Shown: positions 23,915 through 38,024, counted from the whole stretch's first letter. The stretch is DNA of 62,085 nt, filler included, from Globobulimina sp. (GCA_003354225.1; 31 parts of 31 records of this genome joined end to end with filler, not necessarily neighbours in it); one strand, 5' to 3'. The notes: a model not told the origin generated them from the letters alone. Program-made: numbers and translations.

Positions 23915-24864
23915 TATAGTCTAATATAGTCACGAAAATGTTAGGGTACTTACAATATTTAATATATACAAGTTGAAGGGTTNNNNNNNNNNNNNNNNNN
24001 NNNNNNNNNNNNNNNNNNNNNNNNNNTTAATTAATTAANNNNNNNNNNNNNNNNNNNNNNNNNNNNNNNNNNNNNNNNNNNNTTTGTAAGTTCTCTGATC
24101 TTTTTTTTCATATTTGTCAAAATAATTGTCTTTGTCGAAAAGAAATTAGCTTTTTTTCTATGTATTTTTATTATTTTAATCGATCATAATTATTTTGCAT
24201 TTTTTTATCTCCTGTTTTATGTTTTGTTCTGTTTTTATAATAATGATATATATAATAATAATAATAATTAATTATAAATGATATAAGTTTCTTTCAATTT
24301 ATCCAACGCCATCAGTTTCACCTTACTTATTATATTGTTTTTTTTTTATTTTATACAACCAACTCATATATCTTATTATTGTTTGTTTTGGTTTTCCTCA
24401 ACTTTTGTTTTTTGTTTATTTTGTCTTGGCTTCGATATTTGCTTTTTACAATCAACCAAAAAAAACATTATTGAAATGTAACAAAACCTAAACGTGTTAT
24501 TAATTAAATCAAAAAATAAGTGTTATATATATTAAAATTCGAAAAAAAACGACAATGAAAGAGGTTTGTAGGTTTGACCAATATTTTCACTACAGATCAG
24601 CATTCAGCAGTAATGAAAGAAACATAATCATTGATTCCATTCTTCTGCTAGAATGAACTTGTTTTGCTGGATTGTCAAATCTCGAAACATAAATTAAAAA
24701 ACCTGAAACCTCAGCGATCAATGTTTCCCATGATACTGATAGATATCATGATTTCTTAGTGTTTTGAAGAAAGTCTGTGCATATTAATTATATTTTTCAT
24801 TTTCGAACAATGAAAGCAACAAAAAGAATTCAAGAATATGAGGAAGAAAGAATTATAGTTACAA

Positions 24865-25567
<703 letters not shown>

Positions 25568-25762
25568 TATCTTCAAGTTTATTTTTCTACTGACTTTTTA
25601 CTAGAAAAATGCACGCACCGCGAGAAGATTGCATTTTTATCGTAGAAACTGGGACAAAAAAGCTGAATTATTGTTCATTAAAAACATGAAAAAAGAAGCA
25701 AAAAAACATTTGTACAAACCAAAAACAAAAACAACAACACAAAAAAAGAAATAAAAATTAAG

Positions 25763-25988
25763 TTATTTGGCATAATCCCATATAAATGTTTTATTCAATG
25801 TAATTTTTTGTGATTTTTCAAAGAAACTTGCAGCAACACGATATTCCCCAGCTGGCAAATTTTTGAACGCAACACCTTGATCTTGACCATTTAATATGAA
25901 CGACAACTTCTTCGCATGCATATCCAATATAACTGAGACTTTATCCCCAGCCTTAAATTTTTGTCCATATTTTTTATATCTGCCACTT
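25763..25988 (-). CDS. SPRY/B30.2 domain C-terminal fragment
   Basis: Manual translation YGQKFKAGDKVSVILDMHAKKLSFILNGQDQGVAFKNL..GEYRVAASF. Confidence 0.8.
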
Positions 25989-26088
25989 NNNNNNNNNNNN
26001 NNNNNNNNNNNNNNNNNNNNNNNNNNNNNNNNTTAATTAATTAANNNNNNNNNNNNNNNNNNNNNNNNNNNNNNNNNNNNNNNNNNNN

Positions 26089-26870
26089 TAGTTTGTTGTC
26101 GTATGTTAATGAGTGATAAATATGTATCATTAATGGGTACATTAACTTGGATGGCTGCATTGATGTGGCCGGGAACAGCCTTTTTAAGAAGAATGCGGAA
26201 GAAATTAACGGCTCACAATGTTACGTTGATGTATTTCATTGAGAATGAAGTAAAAGATGCAAATTTATGGATAAAATATATGTATTTATGCGACAGAGTG
26301 AATATTTATGATGTCGTAAATCACGGCAACAGACCGAAAGTAAATTTATACACTGATGGAGCTACCAATGGTGAACGACCAACGTGGCAATCTGGCATTG
26401 GCGCATATTTTGCAGGTCATTGGTCATTTGATATTGTCCCAAAACAATATATGGATATTTATTGTAAATATTTAAACAAAGATAAATCAATGGTATATAC
26501 TCAGGAGCAGCACATAGCGCACTTTGAAGCTCTGGCCATTGTGGCTGCATTATGGACATACAAACATTATTTTGATACCAATATAGATATAAATTTGCGA
26601 TGTGATAACCAACATTGTGAAGCAGTATTTAGTTCGAAGAACACTGACGATGTATTTTTAATGGATTGTATTAGATGGACAGTATGGTTTTGCTTCGAAT
26701 ATAAATTAAAAGTGAAGATAAATTATATAAAAACGAAGGAGAATTTGTATGCGGATGATTTATCACGATTTGACGTAGCCAAATTTTTAGCACATTGTAA
26801 ATCACGTAATTTTACCAATTTTGACAATTCACCGACCAAATTTATTTATCCTGATATTACATGTTTATAA
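26089..26870 (+). mobile_element. DIRS-type RT connection/RNase H ORF (5' truncated)
   Basis: LYTDG...GIGAYF.GHW...HIAHFEALAIV.AL...LRCDN...YIKTKENLYADDLSR matches DIRS1-like RNase HI. Confidence 0.88.
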
Positions 26871-26972
26871 ATGATTAGTAATCAAATAATTTAGTTATAA
26901 CATTAATAATCAAATTAATCAGTTATTTTCACATCAGTTTACACTTAATTTAGGACACACTTTCTATATAAT

Positions 26973-27994
26973 TTGATTTTATTCTCCTACACTGTATACA
27001 ATAAAATTTTAGGTAGATCACGAGATGCGAATTTTAATCATAATATATGGCAATATCTCCCATTGCATGCCATTGGATTACACGAAATGTCGTCAAGAGG
27101 CATTAAAATATCAACAGAAGAGACATATTATAGTAATTTCTGCGAGTTTTGCAATACAATGACTCGCCTTAAGATTCCAAAAAGAGAATTCTTGACATTT
27201 CCAACAAAAGACATATATTTAATGGCATGGATGATTGATTGTCTTTGGGTAAGAAAGAAAGTCAATAAATGGAGCACAATGCGATATAAATTATGTGCTG
27301 TAGATCATTTTAATAAATTAGCAATGACTCCGACGTCGTGGTCAATTAATCCCTCATTAACCAACTTGGTCGATTATGGCAAGAAAAGAAATGCTTCAGA
27401 TCCCAATGACAGTGCCATTCCATTCTTACGCGATCATTTAGTGCGATTTAATCAATTTGTTTCAAATAAATTGTTATATGCCAAGGCAAATCGTAATTGT
27501 TCCAATTTCAAGAAATTCGCAAAGCATTATTTGATCATTGACGAAGAGATTTTATTCTATCCATTTTGTATGCATATTCGTATGAGTTTAGTGGCTGTGA
27601 ATGTTATGGTTGTCACAGGTATGCGAATAGGTGAAGTATTTCATCCTTTTAAGGACAAAAATCATACATACGGCATTAGAAAATGTGATATTACATTTTA
27701 TCACAGAATCATTGATCCATCAAATGATAACAAATTTATTATTGTAGAAGATAATCATTCTACGGATCAGCATACATTCCATGGATTACGTTTCATTTTG
27801 CAAAACAGCAAAATGCGCAATACAGGACAGACAGCATATGTTATGATTGGTAGATCAGAGCATAATATTGATCCGGCTCTGATGTTGTTTAATCTCTATC
27901 ATACTTTGACATTTTTATCAACAAAATTCCCCCAACACTTTACCTGGAACACCAAATCACATTTATTTCAACATATGGGTAAGCCAATGAATAC
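26973..27994 (+). mobile_element. DIRS/Ngaro tyrosine recombinase ORF (3' truncated)
   Basis: N-terminal core-binding region, catalytic Arg in TGMRIGEV, and SK motif. Lies directly downstream of the DIRS RNase H on the same contig. Confidence 0.88.
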
Positions 27995-28971
27995 NNNNNN
28001 NNNNNNNNNNNNNNNNNNNNNNNNNNNNNNNNNNNNNNTTAATTAATTAANNNNNNNNNNNNNNNNNNNNNNNNNNNNNNNNNNNNNNNNNNNNATGAGG
28101 AAGATCCCAAAATGGCAATATATAACATTTGGTTGCATTGGAGGTATTGACTCATGCATTTCTATTCGATTTGCCACACATGAATATCTTGAAAAATGTG
28201 GACTTTTTTTAAAGCATATCTCGGAGGAAAGCATGCTTTTCAACAAGCAAAGGTTGCAATTAACCCTCAGGACATACCACCGATTGATCCATGGCCATTT
28301 GGGGAGAACTTCAAATATCGATATCACATACGGAGATCCAGAGATAATTATAATTCAAATAATGAATATTTGCTGGACAGAAATGATAAAATAAATCCTT
28401 CATTGCATGATATTGTGGATTATGATTACGAGTATACTCAAACACATGAGAATAGATACGATTTTGTTAAAAGGCCGCACAGAAAACGGTATGATGATGA
28501 TTATGGTAATCATACTGTCAATAACTCATATCGTAATGAATATGATCCTGAGGAGGAAATAGCAGAATTCTTTGAGTCAAAGGATAAAAATAAGCCACCA
28601 CGAAGAAATTAATGCTGTTTCAATACACTGTATCTGTGACAGACTTTAATTACAAAAACATAAATCAAAAAACAAAATGTAACACCGTCAAACATGCATA
28701 CTATGTGGTATGAACAATAAATGGACTGAACAATGCTTTCTGTTCATCATTATCTGACATATAAATAGCAGTTTGACTGCAAAGTTTTTTGCATAGAAGG
28801 AAAGTTTTCATCGTTTTAACATCTCAAATAATGCGCTTAATAAAGTCAATTACATTGCTGATTATATTATTATGCTTCATTTTGAGAGCATATGCTGGTT
28901 TGTATATTCTTTATAGTTTATACGTATATCCATTCCCAACATGAACATATTTATTTTATTCAGAATGGAAC

Positions 28972-30000
28972 ATGAATGAAACCAATACAACAACGTCAAA
29001 ATCTTGTGACCCTGTAAATGGTTATTCTGGTTGTTATTATATCTGTAAAAATCACGAGTGTCAAGAAGTTCCACGCAACACTCCGAATGCTATGGCATTT
29101 TTTAAATGCATACAAAAACGATCGTGCAGAAAACATTTTACTATCCCATTACCGGCGAATATTCACTATATCAATGCCGCATTCAATGATTTCGCGGCAC
29201 CGTATTTCATAAATGATGAAATAATAATAAATAATTCCTGGATGGCTGAGAACAATGCAACCAGGATACATGAAACAAACGCATACTATCCTAAATGGGA
29301 GCACTATGAAAAACCAAACAAGAGCTGCGAAATCAGGCAAGCGGTTATTTTCAACGACCAACGTACAATGGATGATTTATTTCACAACAACAACACGTTG
29401 TTACTATTTGTTGATGGTGCCACAGTTGATGGCTGTGGCGGACGAGGAATTTTTGGAATTGCCGCTGCAGATTATTTCGAATGCCTTGAAGCAGTCGATT
29501 GGAACCCAATTTATCAAAACTCCAGAAGCTACCTGATTGCGAAGTTGAAATCCAAAGCAGCAGTACTCGAATCTGTAGTAGTTGCGCATCGTACCACGAA
29601 TTACTATCCAGAACTCGAAGCTATCTGCCGATCCAATGAATTCATAAGCAATGACTTTAATAGTTACTGTATCATCTCTGACTCTGACAATGCGATCAAA
29701 GCTGTGCGCGGCAATAAAACCAATCTAAATCAGAATGAAAAAGATTTAATCAATACACTATATCGCAGCTGCTTACAATTCAATGACTCAAATTTTTATT
29801 TATGTCCAACTGATACGCACCGGGCCACGATTGGTCATGATATTGCCGATGATCTCGCCAAGAAAGCGAGAGACAAAGCCTGGTCGGAATGGGATTCCCT
29901 ACACCCGAGCAATTTGAACATCTGAAAATACTTCCACATCAAAAACTGCAAACTAGAAGTAAAGAAGAAGATACGAAAACAAATTGAGCAAAACCATTTC
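28972..30000 (+). pseudogene. Non-LTR-retrotransposon-type RNase H ORF with premature TGA
   Basis: FVDGA...GxG...ELEAI...IISDS.NAI...H....GHDIADDLAKKA. The frame stays open past TGA 29923-29925 to the contig end (KYFHIKNCKLEVKKKIRKQ). Confidence 0.7.
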
Positions 30001-30100
30001 NNNNNNNNNNNNNNNNNNNNNNNNNNNNNNNNNNNNNNNNNNNNTTAATTAATTAANNNNNNNNNNNNNNNNNNNNNNNNNNNNNNNNNNNNNNNNNNNN

Positions 30101-31739
30101 TGCATTTGTGTTTGTTTGGCGATAAAAAAGGCCCACATCATCGCCTTCAAACGATCCAACTCTCTCAGCGTCAGAAATAGACTCATCATTACAAGCAAAC
30201 CATTGATCAGCCCATGCCGTGCATGCCCAATAATGCATGCCAGCATGTTTCACTTTTGCGACCAATGTATCATATTCAGTTTGTTCCGCAGTTTGCCAAT
30301 TATACAATTGAGCGGAACTAACATCAGTTTCTAAATCTAATATTCCATCTTGTTGAGTTCGAGGAATTGCCCACGCACTGACAGGCGGAGCAGGCACTAC
30401 ATCAGACCCGGCACTCAAAGATAATAATCCTGACTGCAATTTAGTTTCCACCATCCAGGCAGAAATAATTTGAATTCCAATCTGAACAGAACAAATGAAA
30501 TATTAAATACAATTACATTCATTTATTATAAAATATGCATCAGTACATACCTTCCATTGATCCTCTCTCATTTCCGCAAAAATCGACCAATATTAAAATA
30601 TAAAACTGGAAGGTGGCCGGAGTAATGACTCCCGCATACGCCAAATTTAAATACGTCCGCAATACTTCCAACATCATCATCGACGGCATATCGGCTGCTC
30701 CTCCAAATCGTGCATGTGTCGCCTTTGTGATTTCGCTGTGTAAGGCAGCCACCATGGACTGAACTAATGCGTTCATATAACATGTATTGCCCGCATTGAC
30801 AATGCCCATCGGCCGCCCTCTCCATTGCACGGCCTCACTCAATTGTGGTAATAGGAATATTCTGATTATTTTGTTTGTTTTATCAAACAATAAATGCAAT
30901 GTAATGTCGAATAAAGACTGCAAAACAAGAATTGGATGATCTTTTTTGTCTCCGTCTTTAGACAGCATCATAACATTCAAAATCGAGCGAGAATCCACCT
31001 TTTGATCCATAATGGCTCTGGTTGAAAATGCACAAAATAACTGATCTCCACGTTTATCCAATACGCATCGCGATGCATCCATTGCGATTGCTTGACCATT
31101 AACCATTACTTGGTCAACCGACCAATCTTCACTCCATTGAATTGTTTGTATTCCTCCGCGAGGACTCATTACTGAATCAGAATGCGTCCATAATCCATCC
31201 AAAATAGAGCGGTCTCTGTCGTCAGCTTTAACTAATCTAAATTCTGTGTGTTTACTTTCTGGATCTGATGTTCTGGTAACTTGGCCATCTTTGGTTATGC
31301 TCAAATATTGTTTACAGTGCATTCCATACAATCTGACAATATCATCATGCACTGGTTCAATGTGGACAAAATTCCAATCCCTACCAACTCCAAACACGTC
31401 TACATTGCCGTCTTTATTTTCATCGAATCGCAAGAATCCTTTTTGAGATTTGCCCTCATTATAAAATCGGTAATATGCGTCGTTGGATGGCGATACACTC
31501 CAAAACATAGTCCACCTTTGGTTTGGTGATGAATTGAGCTTTGCTTTGCAATCACAAAGGGTACTCTCTTCACCTTCAACCCATTGCAAATAACGGTCAT
31601 TGAGCACAGATTTGATTGAAATGCTTTGTCTCGTTTCAATAACATCTTTAAATAATGGATCATCCGCTGACTGATACGTCGATTGCATTCCTCCAAAGAG
31701 AAATAATGACATAAACATTGCTAAGCGCATGAATTTCAT
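30101..31739 (-). CDS. Signal-peptide + beta-trefoil + USP (peptidase C19) Cys-box protein, 3' partial
   Basis: MKFMRLAMFMSLFLFGGMQS; trefoil-like strands (ISIKS....YL, VRLYG....QYLSI...G); GIVNAGNTCYMNALVQ. An intron-like segment lies at 30482-30550. Confidence 0.7.
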
Positions 31740-32106
31740 GTTGATTTTGATGTCGATTTTGCTGATGGATGTTGATTTTTATGATTTGAGTCGAAAATTA
31801 TGTGATTTAATTATGATTGTTCCGGTGCGAATATCCGTTGTTATTCTTGCAGCTGACATTACTAAATTGGATGACTTCGTGAAAATCTTTCCTAGATGAC
31901 AATTTTCGACAAACGACAAATTTAATTTCCTAGATTTTCTACAAACGAGTCTTCAGTTTAAATGATTTTTACGTGACAGCACGTGTCATAAAGCGAATTC
32001 GAAATANNNNNNNNNNNNNNNNNNNNNNNNNNNNNNNNNNNNNNNNNNNNTTAATTAATTAANNNNNNNNNNNNNNNNNNNNNNNNNNNNNNNNNNNNNN
32101 NNNNNN

Positions 32107-34012
32107 GTCGACTTTTTCTGCGTTATAATGTCATCAATGTCTGTTTCCCCAATCTGGACATGCTGCCACTTAATCGGGTTAGACCTCGGTGTACCATTAC
32201 AGTGTCTAATCATGTCATTATATAATGACCTCAGCTTCGGCGACAATGGATGCTTCTCAGCATACCATATTTCTGCGGCATACAACACCTTTGGAAACAC
32301 AAAGGCTTTGTATATGTTAATCAAATATCTCGCGAGCATTTCTGAGGCATATTTGTATCGATTGTATACATTGACATATGCCCTCCTTGCATTGCTTATG
32401 ATTTTTGCATACTGATAATCCCAACTTAGGTTCCAATCGATCCATATTCCGAGATATTTGACCGGAGTATGCTTCCTCGTTATCTCCTTACCATCCATTA
32501 TCATATCAAAATATAACTGTTTATGATATTTCTTATCCAAACTCTCATCAATAACCATATAATTTTGTTTCTTTGGCTGCAAAAACAAGCGCTTTCGTTT
32601 TGCAATGTAGCTAATCAGATTGATGGCATATTGCATATTCTTCTTAAGGTCCGCACCAGAAACGCTTCCATCGGATACCAAATTATTGTCATCCGCATAG
32701 CCAATCAATACGAGCCCTAAATCCATCTCATTTATCACATCAAACTCAATCGTGAAGAAGATGAAAATAATAGGCGATGGGGGCCATCCTTGTGGCACAC
32801 CACATATATCCTGACGCCATTCGCTGTAAAATCCATATATCTTAACACGACCCCATCGATACTCCAACGCAACGTACAAATACCTCAGTGCGAATCCAGT
32901 AATTCCAATGTCCAATTCTACACATTCCAGAATCATTTTGTGTTGCAACGTATCGAACGCTGCTTTGAAATCGATCAAAATCAAATGTGTTTCTTTCCGT
33001 ATAATACGATTATTCCATACCAATTCTATCAAATAAGCAATGGTGTCGACACAACCAATGCCTTTCATAAATCCAAAGTGTCTCCATCTAATAATCTTCA
33101 TTTTTATTCCATACGTTAAGTAGCGACCAGCCATCCATTTATCGAATGGATTGCTGCAGCTCGACAGCAACGACACCGGTCGATAACTATCCATATATTT
33201 CGCCTCCTTTCCTGCTTTCAAAATCACCGAAATCTCCCTGATATTCATGGATTTCACCCGAAGTCCCATAATAAACAATATATTATAGCATCGACATAAT
33301 CCTTCATCCAAAATATCGATTCCTTTCTGCAACAACGTATAGTTTGACTTATCGCTGTTACTCGCCTTCTTTCTACTGAATGACATCACTAAATTGCGGA
33401 GCTCGTCCAATTTCATGATCGAATTCATTTTTTTTGTCTCCTCCATATGCAATTTTGTGCCAAATTTGACTCTGTTCGTTTTACGATAATTATCAATGAT
33501 TTTATCGAATTTTTTGTTCTCAACATCCTCCACTTCCTCCTCCATTTCATCATCATCGAATCTATGAATATAATTGAGATAATTGTTGGCTTTGTCAATT
33601 GACTTAATTGCATCCACCGTACCATCGCTTTTATACCATACTGGGATCATATCCGATGTCGCCTTATCCTGTTTAATGATTTTATTTATCTTCTTCCATG
33701 GCATGCGCCCATCCGTTGCCATTGAACGAATCTCATCCTTCAACCACGTAATTCTGCCATTTTCGCATAACTCGTTTCTGTTTGCTTTCTTTGCCTCCAA
33801 TACTACCTTACATTTCTTCTTCTTCTTTTTCGAGAACGTCTTGAAACGTTTCTTATAACACTTAAAATCCGATATCGCTCTCCGTATTTTATGCGTCATC
33901 CACGGCATTGTCTTCTCGCTCGATTTCTTCCTTAATCCTAAGACGTCCATCGAAGTGTCAATAATGACATTCTTAAAGTACGTTTCCACCGCTTCTATAA
34001 TGTCATCTTCAA
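32107..34012 (-). mobile_element. Non-LTR (LINE) reverse transcriptase ORF2, partial and uninterrupted
   Basis: PWMT..I, YRPVSLLS, HFGF..G, LIDFKAAFDT, GVPQG..PSP, YADD, KYLGIWID..LSW. Confidence 0.95.
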
Positions 34013-34112
34013 NNNNNNNNNNNNNNNNNNNNNNNNNNNNNNNNNNNNNNNNNNNNTTAATTAATTAANNNNNNNNNNNNNNNNNNNNNNNNNNNNNNNN
34101 NNNNNNNNNNNN

Positions 34113-35033
34113 AAATAAAAAATATATGTTTATTCTGATCGCTTCGATCATATTTACATTATCTTTACCGCCATCGTTGCAAATATCTGCTATTTTATTA
34201 TCATTCGGTGGCTGTGCAGGTTTATTTGACTGTGTCTGTTCCGTATCAGTAACATGTCCAATATCTTGTGATTTATTTATTTTATTATCCATATCATCAT
34301 TTCGATTAACATTTGTTTCGCATATTTCAGTTTGTGGCCTATTTGGAATTAACACTGTTTTCTCCGGTTTATACTGATAAATTTGCGGTGGATTTAATAT
34401 TAGTTTTTGTATTTCCTTTAATATTTTTTTTCTATGTCCTTTTTTTTTAATACCAAGTTGCACCAAATCGTCCGCTATAACATCTTCATCAAAATAGGTC
34501 AAATCTTCATATCCATCGGACACAAATAATTCAAAGTATTGTGGCAAACCCATAGTGTCTACAAACCAACTCTTCATTGCTTGTTTGCTGGATAATAATT
34601 CTGCTTCTTCTGCGATAGCAATCTCTTCGTGTTTTATATTATTATTCGAGTCATTATAATTGTCATTGTTGTCAGTGGTGATATCGTATTTTGTGTCTAC
34701 ATCACAGTCGGTTTGCAACTGAGATACATTTGATTCTTGTACAATATTTGATGTTTGTTGTACTTCTTTTATTTCATCAATTTCTTTTTCCTTCTCCGTT
34801 GTATTAACACTTTGGAGTTTGTGATGTGTTTCAATTGTTTGAGTTGAGATGGTTTGCAGTTTGGTTTTATTATTTATTTGATTCGATTTTATTTTTATTC
34901 TAATGACTTTTGTTCGTGAATCCAATGATATTAAACAAACATTTTGCAAATCAATTTCATACTCATCAGTTTCTGCATCATACACCGCTGCTGTTCCTGC
35001 CACGCCTATAAGATCTTCGCCAACCGCAGCCAT
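34113..35033 (-). CDS. SAM-domain protein (partial)
   Basis: WF...GLPQYFELF..DGYEDL...DLVQLGIKKKGHRKKILKEI. Confidence 0.8.
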
Positions 35034-35179
35034 GGTCACTGAGCACAGTTTTTTACTTTTTATGTGAAAACCTTTCAAGAAAATGAAGAAAAACGGTTGC
35101 GATGTAATCTAATAATTATGAATGAAGCTCGATCAGGCATTTTTATTAAATAAATTTTTTTATAATTATATAATTATAA

Positions 35180-35719
35180 TTATAACAAAGTAGATTGTTT
35201 CATGATATTTGAGAATTCCTCTAAACAAATTTCACCATCTTCATCTTTATCAAATTCATCAATCATCGCTTGTATCTCATCATCGTTTAATGATTCACCT
35301 AATTCTCTCGCCACTCTTTTCAAATTTTTTAATGATATTTTACCAGTTTGATCGTCATCGAATAATTGAAATGCTTTAAATATTTCTTCGTCGGGATCAC
35401 GGTTTAATATTTTCAGTGTCATTATTTCTTCAAAATCAATATATTTGACACCACCAATTTCATCGCGGTCATATTCTTGTTGTATCTTTTTTATTTCTTG
35501 TTTTTTTGTATCAAATCCTAACGCACGCATTGCCACTCTCAATTCGTGATAATCAATAATGCCCGATTTGTCTGTATCAAATAAATCAAATGCTTCACGT
35601 ATTTCAAGTTTCTGATCTTCCGATAATTCACGGCGTTGTTTCTTATTCCGACGTGCTCGGATTCTTGGTGCTAATCCAAAATCCATTACGTTATTCTTTG
35701 AGCGAGAAGATAATGCCAT
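35180..35719 (-). CDS. CETN3: Centrin (centrin-3-like EF-hand protein)
   Basis: [36 protein letters not shown]...[27 protein letters not shown]...[13 protein letters not shown]. Confidence 0.9.
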   Translation of the reverse strand: MALSSRSKNNVMDFGLAPRIRARRNKKQRRELSEDQKLEIREAFDLFDTDKSGIIDYHELRVAMRALGFDTKKQEIKKIQQEYDRDEIGGVKYIDFEEIMTLKILNRDPDEEIFKAFQLFDDDQTGKISLKNLKRVARELGESLNDDEIQAMIDEFDKDEDGEICLEEFSNIMKQSTLL

Positions 35720-35861
35720 TGTATTAAATGTATTTGTTATATACGTGCACCGTTTGCATGAGATAATTAATGTAAGTAGTTGATGATGTGACAGGTTTTT
35801 TGCTATAATAATTAAAAATGGGATATCAAGCATAAGAATTAAATTTGGGATAACAAGGATA

Positions 35862-36018
35862 ACCTAGGAGGGGGCAAGCCCCAAAAACCCAAGAGGAATT
35901 TTTTTCTTTTTTCAAGTGGAAATGAGAATAATCAATGAAAATGAGAAAATCCATGAAAATGAGAATAATCCATGAAAAATGAGAATAATCCATGAAAAAT
36001 GAGAAAACTCGATGAAAA
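35862..36018. mobile_element. Repeat-family end with ~20-bp subterminal tandem units (matches 6022-6100)
   Basis: ACCTAGGAGGGGGCAAGCCCCAAAAACCCAAGAGGAATT followed by (ATCCATGAAAA(A)TGAGAAT/A)n. Confidence 0.7.
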
Positions 36019-36118
36019 NNNNNNNNNNNNNNNNNNNNNNNNNNNNNNNNNNNNNNNNNNNNTTAATTAATTAANNNNNNNNNNNNNNNNNNNNNNNNNN
36101 NNNNNNNNNNNNNNNNNN

Positions 36119-37054
36119 CGAAGTAAATGATTCTAAAAATATAAATGCCGGAATTGCAATTAGTGGTTGAGGCATATTACTAATCACTGCAAATATGGAT
36201 GATGTCCAAACATTCATTCCCTGCGACATTAATAATAATGAAACTGCAATGCCTTCCGGAATATTGTGGATGGCCAAAGATATAATTACTAATAAACCAA
36301 TACCGGGACGATCCGCGGTGGCTGACACACCAACACTTATCTGCATATATTATATAATGTTAGTTGGAAACTGAAAATTTGAGCAATATTTTTCTCAAAA
36401 ACAACTGTTGGCAAAATATGAGTCTGTATTTTCACTCTCGAACTGAGAATGATGTGTCCATTCAAGCATAATATCAAATAACTTAACTCCTTCACCGATC
36501 GAGTGCAGTCCCATAGACAATACGATAAGGAATGCTTTTGACGCAGATTTGCCTTTCAATCCCGCAAACTCAAAATCTTCAATATCACTCACAAGATGCG
36601 ATATTATGTGGATAACTAGCATACCAATGATGGCATACATAGAGACATAAAATAATGATGCTTCGAACTGCAAAGCTTCAATAAAAAGCACCACTGAACA
36701 TCCACTCATCAATCCCGCTGCAAATATGATGCAAAAACCCATGACATGCACAGGTAGTTCACCTACTAAATATAAGGGAAAGCCACCGAGTCCGCTGGTC
36801 AATGCAGCTATGAAGGCTTTAAGGAATAGCACTTGTGATGCACTCCATGTGTGTGGTGTTTCTAGTGTTTGCAATCTGTTCCTGGGATAGTAGTCTCTGG
36901 GATAGTGTTGATCTATAAACTGATATGCTAAATAACAGATGAATACGCTCGCAGATAGCGTTGATAAGTATCCTCTATCTGGCGGCGTTGAGGTTGTTGA
37001 TGATCCTGGTCGCAATAGGAAGAGGTGCATCAGATTGGTACAGCTAGAATGCAA
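36119..37054 (-). CDS. ZIP (ZupT/ZIP11-like) zinc/iron transporter, intron 36341-36487; 5' end uncertain
   Basis: FAAGLM, LHSIGEG|ISVG, AIHNIPEG.AV motifs; GTTAAG...GCAG intron in phase 0. Confidence 0.88.
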
Positions 37055-37827
37055 TTCAATGACAGTAATGGTTCGACTTCGGAGCTAGCTTACTAAAGAG
37101 TTTGTATTACAGAGTTTTTGAAAAACATTGTTCAGATAGATATTGCATGTTATTGGTGTTATTTATTCATGTTATTACACAACATAAAGCATGTAATTTA
37201 TTCAATCTGATTGTTGATTTGTTATGCTCATACCATGGCCTCTTATGTATCCTCCATTCCGCAGGATTTGCGTTCTTTGTTTGTCGTATTCTTAATAAAA
37301 ATATTAATTATTATCATAAGGATGATATATGATATAATACTAATAATCATCACATTAATAGAATAAATAAGAAGTAATCCCATGACCATTGGCCAATATA
37401 ATTTGAAGTTTTGAAAATTGATATATTTATATATATAATATATATGTAGTATTGATCGGATAGCACAATAACTACCGCTGGAATGAGTGGTATTAATTAC
37501 TACATTCTTTGAGTAATGTACCTGTTGATTCACCCAAATAATATACTTTCAAATGCATCGGGTTGTGGTTGCGTAAATGTTAAAGTATGATAATATAAAT
37601 ATATGTTTCTGTTTCTCCGATGCTTACAGAATATGAGAATTTGTTATCTGCAATGTGGGAGAAATCAGTCCAACCAGATTCAAAAAGAACTCTTTACATT
37701 TCAAAGGGTGCAATTTGACGCAAAGTGAAAGGAAATGCAATAAAATTATGTAACGTTAAAACTGGCAAAACTGATTACAATTAAAAAAAATGACAATACA
37801 ATGCAAGACACTATAATTATACAAATA

Positions 37828-38024
37828 TTATTGGGCACAGACAGCCACAGACACTATAAATCCGACCGATGTAAAAAAAGTAGACAACAACAATGATCTC
37901 GATATTTTATCCTTTGCCTGCGGTATGAGCTCACTGCAAACAATGTAAGTCATCGCACCGGAGGCCACGCAATACCCAACGGGCAATAAAGAAGTAAATG
38001 ATTCTAAAAATATAAATGCCGGAA
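37828..38024 (-). CDS. 3' end of the ZIP transporter, located upstream of its own 5' part
   Basis: PAFIFLESFTSLLPVGYCVASGAM(1-nt shift)YIVCSELIPQA...*. 37991-38024 is identical to 36120-36153. Confidence 0.8.

Noticed and set aside
29923-29925. TGA reassignment (Trp/Sec)
   Set aside because: Seen convincingly only in a transposon relic. TGA ends other genes (e.g. 47340, 57881) and conserved Trp residues use TGG.
26089-34012. One composite retroelement made of the DIRS RH/YR, RNase H and LINE RT
   Set aside because: The parts lie on separate contigs split by linkers and belong to different retroelement classes.
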